Position numbers and translations under genes: made by a program
Notes under the pieces: model-generated
The model's input: only the letters and a program-made list of their open reading frames with translations
Databases searched by the model: none
Told to the model about the DNA's origin: nothing
Shown here: piece after piece, positions 48,279-61,504 of the stretch
How the letters are laid out: every line of letters begins with the position of its first letter
Position numbering within the stretch: the first letter of the stretch is position 1
Origin: Eledone cirrhosa
Taxonomy: Eukaryota
Assembly (NCBI GenBank): GCA_964016885.1
Contig: OZ024743.1
Span: 86,118,001 to 86,182,000 of the forward strand
DNA length: 64,000 bases
Direction of reading: 5' to 3'

Positions 48279-49225
48279 GGGGGGGGCTACCCCTTATGTC
48301 TCTACTGGGGAAGAAACAGCTAGGTACTCGGTGTCATAAGTAAGTCTAAGTAGAAGGCCCAGTTCATCTGTGTCGATGTCGCAGAACTCCACTTCGCTCT
48401 CACTGATTATTTCCACACATTTTTCCACAGCAAAATCAATGTTAATGGATGGGTACAGTGAAACCACATCCATACTGCCTATTATGCAGTTGGATAGGTT
48501 TTTGTTTTTGTTTCACTCATTGATTCTGCTGAGGAGGTCCTCTGTACTGTCACATATATCTGGGGACATCTTAATTATGTGGCGTATAACCATCGAGAGA
48601 AAGTAGGAGATCCTGTAGTTGCTAGCAATATTGACTACGCATACAGGTCTTGTTGGTGGTCCTGTCATTGGGTCGTCAGTTGTCTTATGGTCTTTGCGGA
48701 GCCCATACACGGGTGGTATGTCACCATCCCTTGTGCGCTGCTTGAGCCTAATTAGGCCTTCTACAGGTTTCCTTCCAAGTTGGATTTCTGGTCTGCTTTG
48801 TCTCTTAGTATATTGGTCTACTACCTGTCTAAGTTTATTTCTAGCTATGGTAAACTGTTCCTCTGCTTCGTCATCTATTTGTTGTGGTATACAAACTCTT
48901 TTATTAAAAGGTAATTTAGTGGGATAAATTTTGTTCATTTTGTATGTTTTGTCAGCTGGGTTGAAGAATAGATTCTCTGAGGGGTTGTCATTAAATCTAT
49001 CGTTATAGTTATGTGTGCTACTATTATTGTTATTATGGTTGTTGTTGTTCCTACCGTTGACATTATTATTATTGTTATGATTGTTAAATGTATTGTTGTT
49101 GTTTTCTCTATTGTTATTGTTGTTGTTACTGTTATTTGTACCATTGTGGTTGTTACCTGTATTATGTTTGTTGTTGTTGTTGTTGTTGTTGTGTCTATCG
49201 TTAACGTTGCTACTCCTATTATTTC

Positions 49226-49866
49226 CATCATCATCATCATCATCCATTTTCCACACTAGGATGGGTTAGACAGGTTTATATCATTTGGGGCAAGTTGGGT
49301 CGGGTGACTGTGTCTCACTCGGATAGGACTGTTTCTGGCTGGTTTTCTACAGCTGCATACCCTTCCTAGTGCCAACCACATTTACAGTGTGGACTAGGAG
49401 CCTTTTTACCGTGACACCTACACAACCACTTTACAGTGTGAACTAGGTGCTTTTTGTCGTGATACCTACCCGACCACTTTACAGATTGGGCTGGATGTTT
49501 TGTGGTACCAACATAACATTACAGAATAAGGGTGGTGTGGACGGAAGTGGAAGGGAAATGTAGGGGGTGTGGAGTTGAGTCTATATTGGATTAAGAGATG
49601 CCTACTGAGTGTAAGTCTTTAAGTCTGTGCGCAAGAGAAGGCGGTCCTTCTGCATTACTACATAGCACCAAAGATCTCGATCCTGTGTCATTGTCTTAGA
49701 GAGGTTCAAGTGTGCAAGGTCAGTTTTTATCACCTCATCCCAGGTCTTTCTGGGTCTACCTACTCTCTAGTTTCCATCAATTTTGATTGCCCTGCACTTT
49801 TTTATACACCTGTTGTCCTTCATACACATCACATGACCATACCAAGCAATCTCCTCTCTAGTAAAC
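49226..49866 (-). mobile_element. RTE 3' fragment (A/B-related subfamily)
   Basis: C-terminal RT remnant, 3' UTR modules, (GAT)n. Confidence 0.85.
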
Positions 49867-49870
49867 TGCT

Positions 49871-50031
49871 AGGGGGACAACCGTCGATGCATTTTGAACT
49901 TAGATGTCAGGACGGTGTTTCACGGACAAAAAACTATATATTTCGTCTGTTTCAAAGTCCGGTAGAGGCAAGCGGGAAACAGTCCTAACGAGAACCATTT
50001 AAGTTTGAAATGCATTGACAGTTGTGCCCCT
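49871..50031. mobile_element. MITE, ~160 bp, ~32 bp imperfect TIRs
   Basis: agggggacaaccgtcgatgcattttgaactta / taagtttgaaatgcattgacagttgtgcccct; TGCT on both sides. Confidence 0.75.
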
Positions 50032-50149
50032 TGCTTCTTCCGGACACTGCTCGGAGGCGCTGACTGCCAGTGCTATATAGCTATGGCTTTCAGAATATTT
50101 ATTTATAAACATACCGTATTTCTTTAGATTTATAAAATTCACACACACG

Positions 50150-50196
<47 letters not shown>

Positions 50197-50879
50197 TAGA
50201 GGTAGCTCATAGATAGGACAACACACGGTTTTTCGTGGGGGTAAGTTTTTACTAATTTTCGTATTCTGAAAGACCAAAATACAACATTTTTGCTCATTGG
50301 ACGCTGGGAAATGTTCTGACAAAAGCTGTGGTAGCTACAGAAATATTCCATATATTCTTCCAGAGCAATCTCTATTTAAAAATTTTACATTTTATGCTTA
50401 CTTGTCTGCCATTGCAAAATGGCCATAAATTCAAATTTTGAAAAGAGAGGAAAAGGGACAAGTGAACTATGAACTTGAACATCTCACTGCTGCCTGCCAC
50501 CACAATAACGTCTACACTCGCTCCCCACCACCACCACCACCACCACCACCACCACATAAGTCATTACCCTATCTAAGGTGGCTGACCTGTTGACAAACTG
50601 CTAACTCCTTTGTTGTATGTGTGTGTATATATATATGTATATGTGTGTATATATGTATGTATATATATATCTCAGTGGATGCGACCAGATTTCAACACAG
50701 CAACAACTACAACAACAACAGCAACTACAACAACAGCGACAGCATCAACAACAACAGCAACAACACCATTGTCTGTGTTGAATGTGAGTGTATGTATGTA
50801 TATATATATATGTGTATACATATATATGTATGTGTATATATCACACACGCGAAGCGAACAAATTTCAAAATTTCAACCC

Positions 50880-51310
50880 AGCGACTACAACAACAGCAAC
50901 AACAACAACAACTTCCACCACCATCACCATACTGACACCATCCACCACCTTCACCACCACCACCACCACCACCACCACCACCACCACCATCACCACCATC
51001 ACTGGCACCATCCACCATCACTGACTCCATCCACCACCTTCACCACCACCACTACTACCACCACCACCATCACTGGTACCATCCACCACCACCACCACCA
51101 CCACCATCACTGTCACCATCCACCACCACCACCATCACCATCACTGACACTATCCACCACCTTCACCACCATCACTGGCACCATCCACCACCACCACCAC
51201 CATCACTGATACCATCCACCACCACCACCTTCACCATCATTGACACCATTCACCACCAACACCACCTTCACCATCACTGACACTATCCACCACCACCACC
51301 ATCACCAGCG
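50880..51310. repeat. CAC/CAT low-complexity tract (inverted paralog of ~26226-26650)
   Basis: Shared unique flanks in inverted orientation. Confidence 0.85.
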
Positions 51311-51710
51311 ATCAGGCCTTAAAAACAACTATAATAATAATACTAAATAACTATTCTGTTCTTGGCACGGGGCAGCGATTGTCCCAGCGCATTGCTGGTG
51401 CCTTGTTTTGTGGGGCCCGGAGAGTGGAGAGCCGTTGCTCTTTGCTGTAAAGCAAACAATTATTATTATTATTATATAAAAACTGAGCTGGACTGGAAAA
51501 GTCAACAGTTGACATGATTTTGATTTTGTATCAATACTGATGGTAATATATATATATATGTATGTGTTTGTGTGTGTGAGTGGTGTGAGTATTTGTATGC
51601 ATGAATGTTGGTGTGTGAGTGACGTGTGTGTTTGTAGTTTTGTATGCATGAGTGTTGGTGAGTGAGTGTGTGTGTGTGTGTCGTGAGTGTCAATAAGTGG
51701 GGGGGGGGGG

Positions 51711-54540
51711 GTTATGACCATGCTGTAAAATGGAGGGGTAGAGAGGGCCCTTGAGTCTAGTAAAACATCCTCTCTAGTGCTGGTGGCACAAATAAAAGCA
51801 CCCAGTCCATGCTGTAAAGTGGCGCTGGTGTTAGGAAGGGCATCCAACCAGTGTATCAATGCCAAAACGATTTATCAGCACAGCAACAAGTAGATAGGGG
51901 GAGTAGGCATTTTCCTGGCTGAGAGATGTATCAATAAGACAATAGAGGTAGTTCGAGTTAGTAATTGAATAATTAAGCTTAGATTAGTTGTAGGCAGGAG
52001 ACTACTGACAATCATCTCTACCTATGCTCCCCCTGCAGGCCTAGGCAAAGAAAAGAAAGACTGCTTTTACGAGCAACTTTTACAAACAACCGCAATGACA
52101 GAGGACAGAGACATCGTTATGCTAGCAGGGGACTTCAATGGTCATGTTGGACAGCTCCAGGATGATTACACTGGGGTACATGGTGGGCACGGTTACAGCT
52201 CAAGAAATAAAGAAGGAATGAGACTTCTTGAATTTTATAAAGCAAGTACACTGACTATTTGCAACACTAACTTCCAGAAACCTGCCAACCACCTAATAAC
52301 CTACAAATCTGGCGAACACATAAGCCAAATTGACTTCTTACTAGTTAGGCAGCGAGACAGGCAGATAGTGTCTAATACCAAGGCATACCCTGGGGAAGTA
52401 TGTACCCACAGCATAGGTTAGTTGTTAGTGATATCTCAGTAAGCAAGAGATGGAATGAGACATATAGGAAGGTGTGGAGAAGAAAGGTCTGGAAGCTAAA
52501 AGACCTTTCACTAAAATACAAATTTAGGAAAGCCCTTCAAGATGTGTATGACGAAAAAGAAGACGATTTAGAGACATATGACATAGATAATAACTGGAAT
52601 TTGTTACATGACAACTTACTGCAGGCTACTGATGAAACTTGTGGCTGGAGCAGAGCTCCAACCAGACAGAGAGTGATCTGGTGGTGGAACAGCACAGTAG
52701 ATAAGGCCATTAGAGACAAAAGACTAGCATGGAAGTCTTAGAAAAAGGGTGGGAGTAGGGAAGGATATACAGCCGCTAAGAGAGAAGCTAGACGTCAGGT
52801 GTTCTTAGCACGCAGGGAGTCTGAGAGTAGGAGGTTTGCCAATGTTTTGCGACGGGAAGATGAGAGGTGTGCGGTGTTCCACATTGCAAGGCAGTGTGTC
52901 AATGCAAATCAAGATGTTGTTGGAGATAAATGTGTCCGGAATGATGCCGGTGAACTTAGTGTCACAAATGATCAGAAAAAGGAGGCCTGGAAATGTCATT
53001 ATGAGAGACTGATGAAAGTGGAGAACGAATGGGAGAGAGAGAAATTACCCTCAGTAGATCCGACAGAGGGACCAGCTATTGAGATTGACGAATATAGGGT
53101 CCAAGAGGCGATTAAGGAAATGAAAAATGGTAAGGCTGCTGGACCATTGGGGATAGTTGCTGAGATGCTGAAGGCATCAGGGGACGTAGGCACTAAACTG
53201 GTTGCATGCATCATCAATCAGGCTATATATGGCGGTGTCATACCCAAAGACTGGTGCAGCAGTATTCTCATAAATTGCTACAAAGGTAAAGGGGATGCTC
53301 TGGAGAGGAGCAATTATAGGGGTATAAAACTGATGGATCAGGTTATGAAAGTGGCAGAAAGGATATTAGCACAACTAATTAGAGAAAGGGTGAAACTAGA
53401 TGAGATGCAGTTTGGTTTTGTGCCTGGGAAGAGTACAACAGATGCCCTCTTCTTGGTGAGACAATTACAAGAGAGGTTTTTAGAGAAAAATAAGCCACTA
53501 TACTTAGCCTTTGTTAACCTAGAGAAGGCCTTTGATAGGGTACCCCGATCTGTCATCTGGTGATCCCTAAGGAAACTAGGTGTTGAGGAATGGCTTGTGA
53601 GGACAGTGCAAACTTTGTACAGAGGTACTGTCAGTAAAGTCAGGGTAGGAATGGAGTTTAGTGAGGAATTCCAGATACAAGTAGGAGTACATCAAGGTTC
53701 AGTCCTCAGCCCGCTCTTGTTCATTATAGTCCTCTAAGCCATAACAGAGGTGTTTAAGACTGGCTGTCCATGGGTACTTCTCTATGCTGATGATCTGGTT
53801 CTTATAGCAGAATCAGTAGAGGAGCTAGAGAATAAATTCTGGCTATGGAAACAGCAGTTGGAAGCAAGAGGACTGAGAGTGAACCATGCTAAGACAAAAG
53901 TGTTGATGAGTAGAAAAGAGGACAAAACTCTGATTCCGCCAGGGAAATGGCCATGTTCGATATGCAGAAAAGGAACTGGCATAAATTCTATAAAATGCAC
54001 ACAATGCAGATCCTGGGTACACAAGAGATATAGTGGGATAGCAGGCAAACTAACAGGTAGGGAGAAATACGTATGCAGTAGATGTACAGGGAAATTAGAC
54101 AGTAGAAGTCGCATTGATAGACACATTTTTCAAATGCAGGAGGGTGCTATAGAAGTGGTGGATAGCTTCCGGTACCTAGAAGATCAGATTAGCATGGGAG
54201 GGGGGGGGAGGCCATAGTATCTAGAATAAGGATGGGTTGGAAGAAGTTTAGGGAGCTGCTTCCCCTGCTGATGAAGAAGGGTTTCTCCCTGTGTACGAAA
54301 GGCCAGTTATATGATGCCTGTGTGAGGAGCGTGATGCTGCATGGTAGTGAGACATGGGCAGCAACTGCAGAGGATATGCGATGGCTGGAGAGAAATGAGG
54401 CAAGCATGCTCCGTTGGATGTGCAATGTCAATGTGCGTGAATGTGCATGAATGTGTTGAGAGAGAAACAGTGTCTGAGAGGGATAGAATGTACAGGAGAG
54501 GAGACTGAGGTGGTATGGACATGTGATGCGCATGGAGGAT
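51711..54540 (+). pseudogene. RTE family C decayed copy, 3' end lost
   Basis: ORF pieces 52095-54450 with stops; 5' UTR as at 37993. Confidence 0.93.
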
Positions 54541-54741
54541 GCCATGGCACCTCCATGACCACTTTGCAGTGGAATGATAGGGACCCCAGTCCTATCATCT
54601 CATTTCTAGAGCTGAGTAAACTGGAGCAATGTGAAAGAAAGTGTCTTGCTCAAGGAAACAACACATCACCCGGTCTGAGAATTGAACTCACAACCTTTCG
54701 ATTGCAAGCCCAATGCTCTAACCACTAAGCCATGTGCCTCC
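54541..54741 (-). mobile_element. SINE family 1, 5' half
   Basis: A/B boxes and CORE on the - strand. Confidence 0.85.
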
Positions 54742-54747
54742 ATATGT

Positions 54748-55021
54748 ATCATCATCATCATCATCATCCTCATCGTTTAACGTCCATCTTCCACTCTTGC
54801 ATGGGTCTGGACGGGAATTTTCCCACTTGAGGTAAGATTGGTTGTCTTGCTCGTATAGGACTGTCTGGCAGGTTTTCTACGGCTGGATGCCCTTCCTAAC
54901 ACCAACCACGCTTACAGTGTGGACTGGAAGGTTTTTACCGTGTTACCTACACGGCCACATTACAGCGTGGACTGTGTTTTTTTTTGTTGTGACACCTGCA
55001 CGACCTCATTTATTTCGGACT
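54748..55021 (-). mobile_element. RTE family B-type 3' UTR fragment
   Basis: Matches ~30450-30714. Confidence 0.85.
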
Positions 55022-55069
55022 GTATGTATAAATGTATGTATATATAAAAATACATATATAGGTGTGTGT

Positions 55070-55200
55070 AGATCCTGAGTTAAATTGGGAGTAATCACTG
55101 TTAAAAAGCTACTCAATACATTAGTAGAATGTAAACCTGATATTTAATATAAAATGGTTTCTACAGGACTAGAACTGTTTCATTCATATGAAATCATCAA
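55070..55200 (-). mobile_element. Penelope-like terminal remnant with truncated hammerhead
   Basis: TTGATGA-t-ttc-atat-gaa-t-GAAA-cag-TT-ctag, then GTATTGAGT; 5' strand of stem I missing. Confidence 0.45.
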
Positions 55201-55476
55201 TATATAAATATATATGTGTGTGTGTATGCATGTATAAACACATGAATACTCACATGCAATTTACTTATTCTGTGAATAACCTTGTGGATTGTTGCCCACT
55301 GGCCATTGGTCTCTTTTGATCATCGGTGTCTTTGACAGCATTTAGCTGTTTTAACAGTTGTTCTAGCGATGAGTTTTCTCATTTTTAGATGTATTCAAAT
55401 ACACTCTTTCTTCCTCTCAATCAGAGACAACATAGCTTCTTTCATTTAAAATAAATGTTAAACATTTTATTTGCAG

Positions 55477-55626
55477 AATGTTCCAAATCTATGACCATAT
55501 GCAACCAAGAAGTAAACTGCCCAGGTAATCGAGTGTATCAGGAATGTGAGGTACCATTTCTTAATAATGCTACACTAACCTGTAATGATAGTTTGCTGTG
55601 GCAACCTTCTTTTCAGTGTCCTAAAG
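55477..55626 (+). CDS. Host gene exon 3: Cys-rich, sushi/CCP-like module (6 Cys)
   Basis: ttttatttgcag acceptor, AG|gtaaat donor, 150 nt, phase 1-1, CSKSMTICNQEVNCPGNRVYQECEVPFLNNATLTCNDSLLWQPSFQCPK. Confidence 0.8.
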
Positions 55627-55675
55627 GTAAATAAGAATTTGTTGTTTTATTATTGGATATTTTTGTGGATTGGCA

Positions 55676-55863
55676 GTGGATTGGCCGTATCAGTAGAGGG
55701 TCGGACGCCATGCTTTGCAGCATAGAGTTACGGCCCATTACGGTCTGAGTTCAAATCCCGCCAAGGTTAACTTTGCCTTTCATCCTTACGGGGTCGATAA
55801 AATCAAGTACCAGTAATGTACTGGGTAATTACTGGCCTTGTGCCTAAAGTAGAAACAATTATT
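55676..55863 (+). mobile_element. SINE family 2, full-length
   Basis: A/B boxes, gcctttcatccttacggggtcgataaaat. Confidence 0.85.
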
Positions 55864-56635
55864 GGACATTTTTAGTGAGGGTTAACTGGTGTTTGAGTGG
55901 TTAGGGTTGAAGAAATCATTATTGGCTATTTACCCCCCCCCCCCCCCCCCCCCCCCCCTCCACACACACACACACACCAAAAAAACCCTCCACACCCACA
56001 CCCACACACACCTTCACGCACTTGCCCCCACCAACACACACTCACAACCCCCCCACACACAAATATCCGCCACACTTACAAATGCCCCTCACACTCATAC
56101 ACCCCCACACACTCCCAAACACCCCCACCCACTCCCAAACACCCCCACACACCCACAAACACTCTCATATCTTCCCACACACCACACCAACCCCCTCACT
56201 CACAAAGACCCCCACACTTAAAAATGCCCTCATACACTTACAACAAAGCCCCCCCCCCCAACGTTCACAAACACCTCCACAATCAAGTGCAAGTCAGAGA
56301 TCCCCTTCTGTTGGTGGTGGTGGCGTTAGTGGTAGTAGTGGTGGTGGTAACATCGATAACCTTGGTTGATCTCACTTGGGGATATAGCCAGATCGGAGAT
56401 AGTTGCTTCTGATAGGTCTCTCTGGAAGGTGTGTCTGAAGACTCTACTCCCAGAACCATTTGAGAGAGGAGGAGGAAGAAGATGTATATATGTGTGTTTT
56501 ATGTGTATTTCATTATTATCATCATTTAACATTTGCTTTTTCACATTGACACTTTTCCATCACAGACCAAGTCAGTAATTATTTGGAGCTACTCTGACCT
56601 CTCAGGTGGTCCAGGGGCCCACATCTCACATATCT

Positions 56636-56902
56636 TCTAGCACTTTACAAAGTGCACTGGCACCAGCATGGGGAAGTTGGTGTGTCCTTGGCACAATATA
56701 AGGGTCCTCTGAACCCTTTATTTAGCATGGTTTCTACAGCTGTATGCCAACCACTTTACAGAGTGCACTGGGTGCATTGTATAATGGCACCAGCACTAGG
56801 AATATTGGCATGTTCTTGATCCAACTAAAGGGTCCCTTCAACCCTTTATTTGGCATGGTTTCTACAGCAGGATGTCCTTCTTAATGCCAAATACTTTACA
56901 GA
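56636..56902 (-). repeat. Old tandem copies of an RTE-UTR/SINE-body module
   Basis: Two diverged ~140 bp units with ggtttctacagc...cactttacag. Confidence 0.55.
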
Positions 56903-57033
56903 CTTCCCTGAGAGTATACATTATATCTAATTTGCCTATAGGTGTAACTAGATGACTTTCTTGTAATGATAGCTATATCACTCAAAATTATGTCAACATT
57001 TTACCAAATCTTTTAATGTTTATTTTATTTTAG

Positions 57034-57153
57034 ATATAAAACTTGGAGTACCACAGAAATTATCAGCTGATTTAATGAGAGTTTCTATAATATTGGTTGT
57101 GATAATATTATTGTTATCTATATCAATAATTTGTATCAGATTTTGGAAAATAG
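57034..57153 (+). CDS. Host gene exon 4: transmembrane helix
   Basis: ttttattttag acceptor, AG|gtttgt donor, 120 nt, phase 1-1, (D)IKLGVPQKLSADLMRVSIILVVIILLLSISIICIRFWKI. Confidence 0.8.
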
Positions 57154-58701
57154 GTTTGTATAATATTGAATTTTGATAGTTGTATCATAGTGATTGAGAA
57201 ACGTGTACAGATTTTATTGTTATACAAAAATAATGTGACTTGTGTGTATGTGTGTGTGATAGAGAGAGAGTGTGTGTGTATGCATTCATGTATGTGTTGT
57301 CTCTTTCTCTTAATTTCGACTTTATTTTTGACTGGCCACCATCCTGGTGGCAAAGTTATGAAGAAAAGGAAATTTCTGTCATCCCTTGTGCTATCTTTTG
57401 AATCATAAGAACGTTTTGCATATTTTGAAAGTTCCAGATATCAGTCATTTTTAGCTTATGAATTAAGAAACTATGTTCTTTCTCCACAAATCTAAGTTCA
57501 GTCATACTTTAGTTCAGGCAGGTAGGTACATATCCTGTAGCACCAATGATAATAGTTCTTAAACTGAATGTGTATCTCGGTTATTAGATCTGCAAACTCT
57601 TCATCAATGGTCTGTAGGTATTCTCTTTCTCTTGTACTTTTTCTTACTACATTGACATCAACTAAGCAGCTGAATTCTACATCAGAGTATGTTTTTAATG
57701 TGTAGTTCCAAACAATTATATAAGGCTGGTTGTGTTTTAACCCTTTAGCACTTACATTACTCTATATTTACTATTATATTTTTACAGTAAAGGCTTTACC
57801 TCACATAATTATCTCTTATAATATCGAATCTATGAGATTTTGATATTATCTATTTTGAGAACAATACCTTGACATCAGTATGAGTGGCCAGTTAGAGCCA
57901 GTTTGAACAAAAAGAGGTAAGAGAATTCTGGCAGGATACAGCCAGTTTAAATGCTAAAGGTTTTTATGTTTAGGTTCCATCAATATTCCTTTGAGCCATC
58001 GGTTTCAACATATTTTCCCTATTTGATTTGATTTTTGTCTTCCATAATGCATTCTTGATCATTCTAGCTATCACACCATACCTCATGGGGAGGTAAAAAC
58101 GAGAAGATATTCTTTCTCAGTTGGCAATAATGTCGCTAACAGTCTAAATTTATTGTCAACTGATAACCTTCCTCTTTTGTGCAGTAGGTACTTGGTAGGG
58201 GTTTCTTGTTCCAGGATTGCATGGAGATATCCTTGATGGCTGGATGTTAGGAACTTGTTGGAACTCCATGTTGGGCTTTTAGTATGGTTTATCTCCTTTA
58301 TGGTCTGTGTTTTTGTATCAAGTATCCGTGTTCAATTTTCTCAGTGTATTGTGTATGTATGTGTATGTGTATATGTATGTATGCATGTATGTATGCATGC
58401 ATGCATGTATGTATTTGTGCATGTATGGATCTATGGATGCATGCATGCTTTTTCTTATGCTCTCTGATGTGCTGAACCTTAGTTGTATGTTGCCATATGT
58501 CCCAGCAGATAGAATTACAAAAGTATTACTCCAGAGAATGACAAGGGAGTTTCACTGAAAGAGCAGGTCCAACTTGCAGAGCTTGTTCATGTGGATCACC
58601 AACTCCATCTCAACAGCAATGAGTAGGGAGGTGGTTCAGAGGCTCAGGATACTAGAAGTTTCCACCACTCTAGGTTCAATGATAAATAGGAAAGTGACAA
58701 A

Positions 58702-59170
58702 TACGAGTTGCATTCAAAAAGTATCCAACCTTTGGGCATAAAAAAAAAACAATTTTGTACATTTCACAAATTTTATTTAATCACTTTCAAAAAATTCCCC
58801 TTGAAAGTTCACACACTCCTCCCAGTGGTTCTGCCACTGCTGGTAACACCTCTGGAGAGCTCTTTAGTTGCTTTTCCACTCATGACTCACATCGCTTCCC
58901 TTTCAGTGGGGTTTTCAGATTGGGGAAGAGCCAGAAGTCACATGGTGCCAAGTTGGAAAATTAGGGAGTCTGTTGAACATGCAGTGTGTTGTTCTTGACC
59001 AGGAAAGCTTGGATTATGTGGGCATGCTTACTGATCTCATTGAGTGTAGCATGTGAAGGGAGACAACCAGCAATAAGTGTAATGACAGCAGGTGAAGGCC
59101 AAAGGCATCTATCATGGATCTGCAATGGCATTTGCATTGCTCGAGATCCAGAGACTGAGCGTCAGTGAAA
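58702..59170 (-). mobile_element. mariner remnant, internally deleted
   Basis: TA|CGAG-type terminus; SNLAPCDFWLFPNLK (YSPDLAP motif) on the - strand. Confidence 0.7.
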
Positions 59171-59464
59171 CACCGATACGGAAACAATTGCTGATCAGTT
59201 GGGTATCAAACGTGAGCCACTGATTTGGGGGTGGGAGTCAAAGCAGAAACCTGTCAGATAGCTCTGCTCAAGCAGGTGCATAAGGCTGTCCAAAACTTTG
59301 TCACACTGGATTGCATTCCATATGCATTAAGATTTGATATCAAGGAAAGGAAGGCCGTCTGCTTCAAGTGATATAGGCTGCTTACAGATTCCTGATCATA
59401 GTAGGCTCTGATGTGTTGTGGAGAACATTGTCTGAGACATGCTTTCAATTTTATTCACAATCTT

Positions 59465-59620
59465 TTACATTCTGAGTTCAAATCCTGCTGAGGTCAACTT
59501 CAACCCTTTCAAGGTTGATAAAATAAAGTACCAGTAAAGTACTGGGGTCAATATAAATGACTACCCTTTACTCCAAATGTCTGGCCTTGTGCTGATAGTG
59601 CTAGAAAGACTTATTATTAG
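59465..59620 (+). mobile_element. Old SINE family 2-like copy
   Basis: GAGTTCAAATCC...ggttgataaaataaagtaccag. Confidence 0.65.
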
Positions 59621-59984
59621 TGGACCAGTGTATCAACATTGACAGCAGCAGTGTTGAACATATTTAAGTTTTGGACTCCAGGATTAGTATGTCATATATA
59701 CCAGGATTACTGGATATATGGACAATAATTTAAAAAACTGGAAAATTTGCATTGTGATAAATTAATGTATAAGTAACTTTGGATAAATAACTATTTGTTT
59801 AATGTTTAATATTTTCAAGTATTAACAAACAACCGCAGCAGTTTTCCAGACATATACTGACTTGATTATAGGAACTCAAGTGTCTTTTGTATTATGAAAA
59901 CAGAAAAGGAAGGGAAAGGCAAAGGCTCTAGGGTCACAGAGAATGGGAGGGCGATGGGCTCTAGGTCTAGGGTTGTGCGCAAAA

Positions 59985-60180
59985 GTATTCCCGTGAACAA
60001 TGGCCAGTGACATCCGCTGCAACAGACACCCAACCTCATGGGGCTCCTTCCTCAGACAGGCTGTTGACATTCCGATCTTGCAGAGGGGCTTGGCAGTATG
60101 AGGTCCAAGTACGCCTAAGGTCTCAATGGTGACCGGTGCGAAGAGGAATCAGCCAGACAAGCCACCATATTTATTTAATT
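59985..60180 (-). pseudogene. C-terminal RLE fragment of a CRE-like non-LTR retrotransposon
   Basis: KYGGL...FAPVTIETLGVLG...LQRMSLAIVHGN. Confidence 0.6.
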
Positions 60181-60497
60181 GTAAACCAAACTTTTTATTG
60201 TAGAAACATGACTGAGATAGGAAATGTAACTTTGATACAAACACATGGCATATTATTGTAGTTGATCATCAAGAGGGCAGTGGATTCACGCTATTGTTAA
60301 AGGATTGGACAAAATACTTTCTAGCATTTAGTAATAGACCTTTAATTTCTGAGTTCAAATCCTTCCAGGATTGATAAAAGTACCAGTTAAGTATTAGGGT
60401 TAATATAATTGACTTTCCTCTCCCTCAAATTGGTGGCCTTGTATTAATTATAGAAAGAATTATATTGTTTTGTTCTGTATATGACAATTCTAGCGGT

Positions 60498-60534
<37 letters not shown>

Positions 60535-60554
60535 TGATGATGATATAGTTATAG

Positions 60555-60677
60555 GTATTATCTCACTCAACATTCATAATAGTGAAAGGAATGAAGAAAC
60601 CAATGAATCAAATTACTTTTTAAGTGATACATCAGAGCATGTTAGTAATCATAATATCAATCACAAGAGTAGAACTA
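60555..60677 (+). CDS. Host gene putative exon 5: cytoplasmic repeat exon copy 1
   Basis: ttatag acceptor (weak), A|gtaagt donor, 123 nt, phase 1-1, IISLNIHNSERNEETNESNYFLSDTSEHVSNHNINHKSRT. Confidence 0.6.
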
Positions 60678-60745
60678 GTAAGTATGACTTTCTGAAATAT
60701 CAATGTATATGTCAATTGTATATCTGTCCAACACATCTGATAACT

Positions 60746-61315
60746 GGATGTTCCAAGGCCATAGTATCTAGAATAAGGACAGGATGGAAGAAGTTTAGGG
60801 AGCTACTTCCTCTGTTGACAATGAAGGGTTCTCCCTATGAATGAAAGGTTAGTTGTATGATGCCTGTGTGAGATGCGCAATGCTGCATGGTAGTGAGACA
60901 TGGGCAGCAACTGCGGAGGATATGCGAAGGCTGGAGAGAAATGAAGCTAGCATGCTCTGGTGGATGTGCAATGTCAATGTGTGTGAATGACCAAGCATGG
61001 ACAAGTTGAGAGTGAAATTGTGTATAAGAGGGCTAAACTGTAGTGTGCTGGAGAAAGACTGCGTTGGTATGTACATGCGATCTGCATGGAAGATGACTGG
61101 TGGGTGAAGAAGTGCCAAGAAATCCCGGTGGAAGGAAGATGCAGTAGAGGAAGACCACGAAAATCATGGGCGTAGGTGGTGAGAGCTGACCTCAGATTAT
61201 TGCAGCTCACAGAGGAGTTGACAAGGGACCATGATGAATGGAGAGATGCTGTGCTGAAGAGGACCCATCCCACCCTTGCAAGCAGGGAAAAGCAAACGTA
61301 AAATGATGATGATGA
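60746..61315 (+). mobile_element. RTE family C old 3' fragment
   Basis: C-terminal region and (GAT)n tail. Confidence 0.88.
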
Positions 61316-61504
61316 TATATATATATGTATTAAACTTATGCCAAAAAACTTTATAAAGGGGGTGTATAAGTCAGACAGACTAAAATAAGAAAGTTTCACT
61401 CATATAAACGTCTCCCTACCATGGTTTCAAAAAACAAAAAAACTACTAGACATTTCAAATCATTGGAATAACTGATATTGGAAAAATTCGAAGCTTAGGT
61501 CACA

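Larger units (their letters stand above)
45681..49225 (-). mobile_element. Penelope-like element (probably Naiad-type), decayed: RT + Zn knuckle + GIY-YIG + pLTR + tail
   Basis: ADKT, YGLRKDHK, PTRPV, IGSMDVVSLYPSI, GAAIG, YSRYVDDI, LPVLD, HYAKPMAS, CTNKKCVMC, NVVY...YIGETAR, LNRKNEW (stop near 46788); hammerhead in the 3' pLTR; interrupted by RTE-C. Confidence 0.9.

Noticed and set aside
59820-59860. Alternative terminal exon (V)LTNNRSSFPDIY* in phase with the TM exon
   Set aside because: Short, with an AAG acceptor; compatible by chance. Kept only as a possibility for RNA-seq to test.
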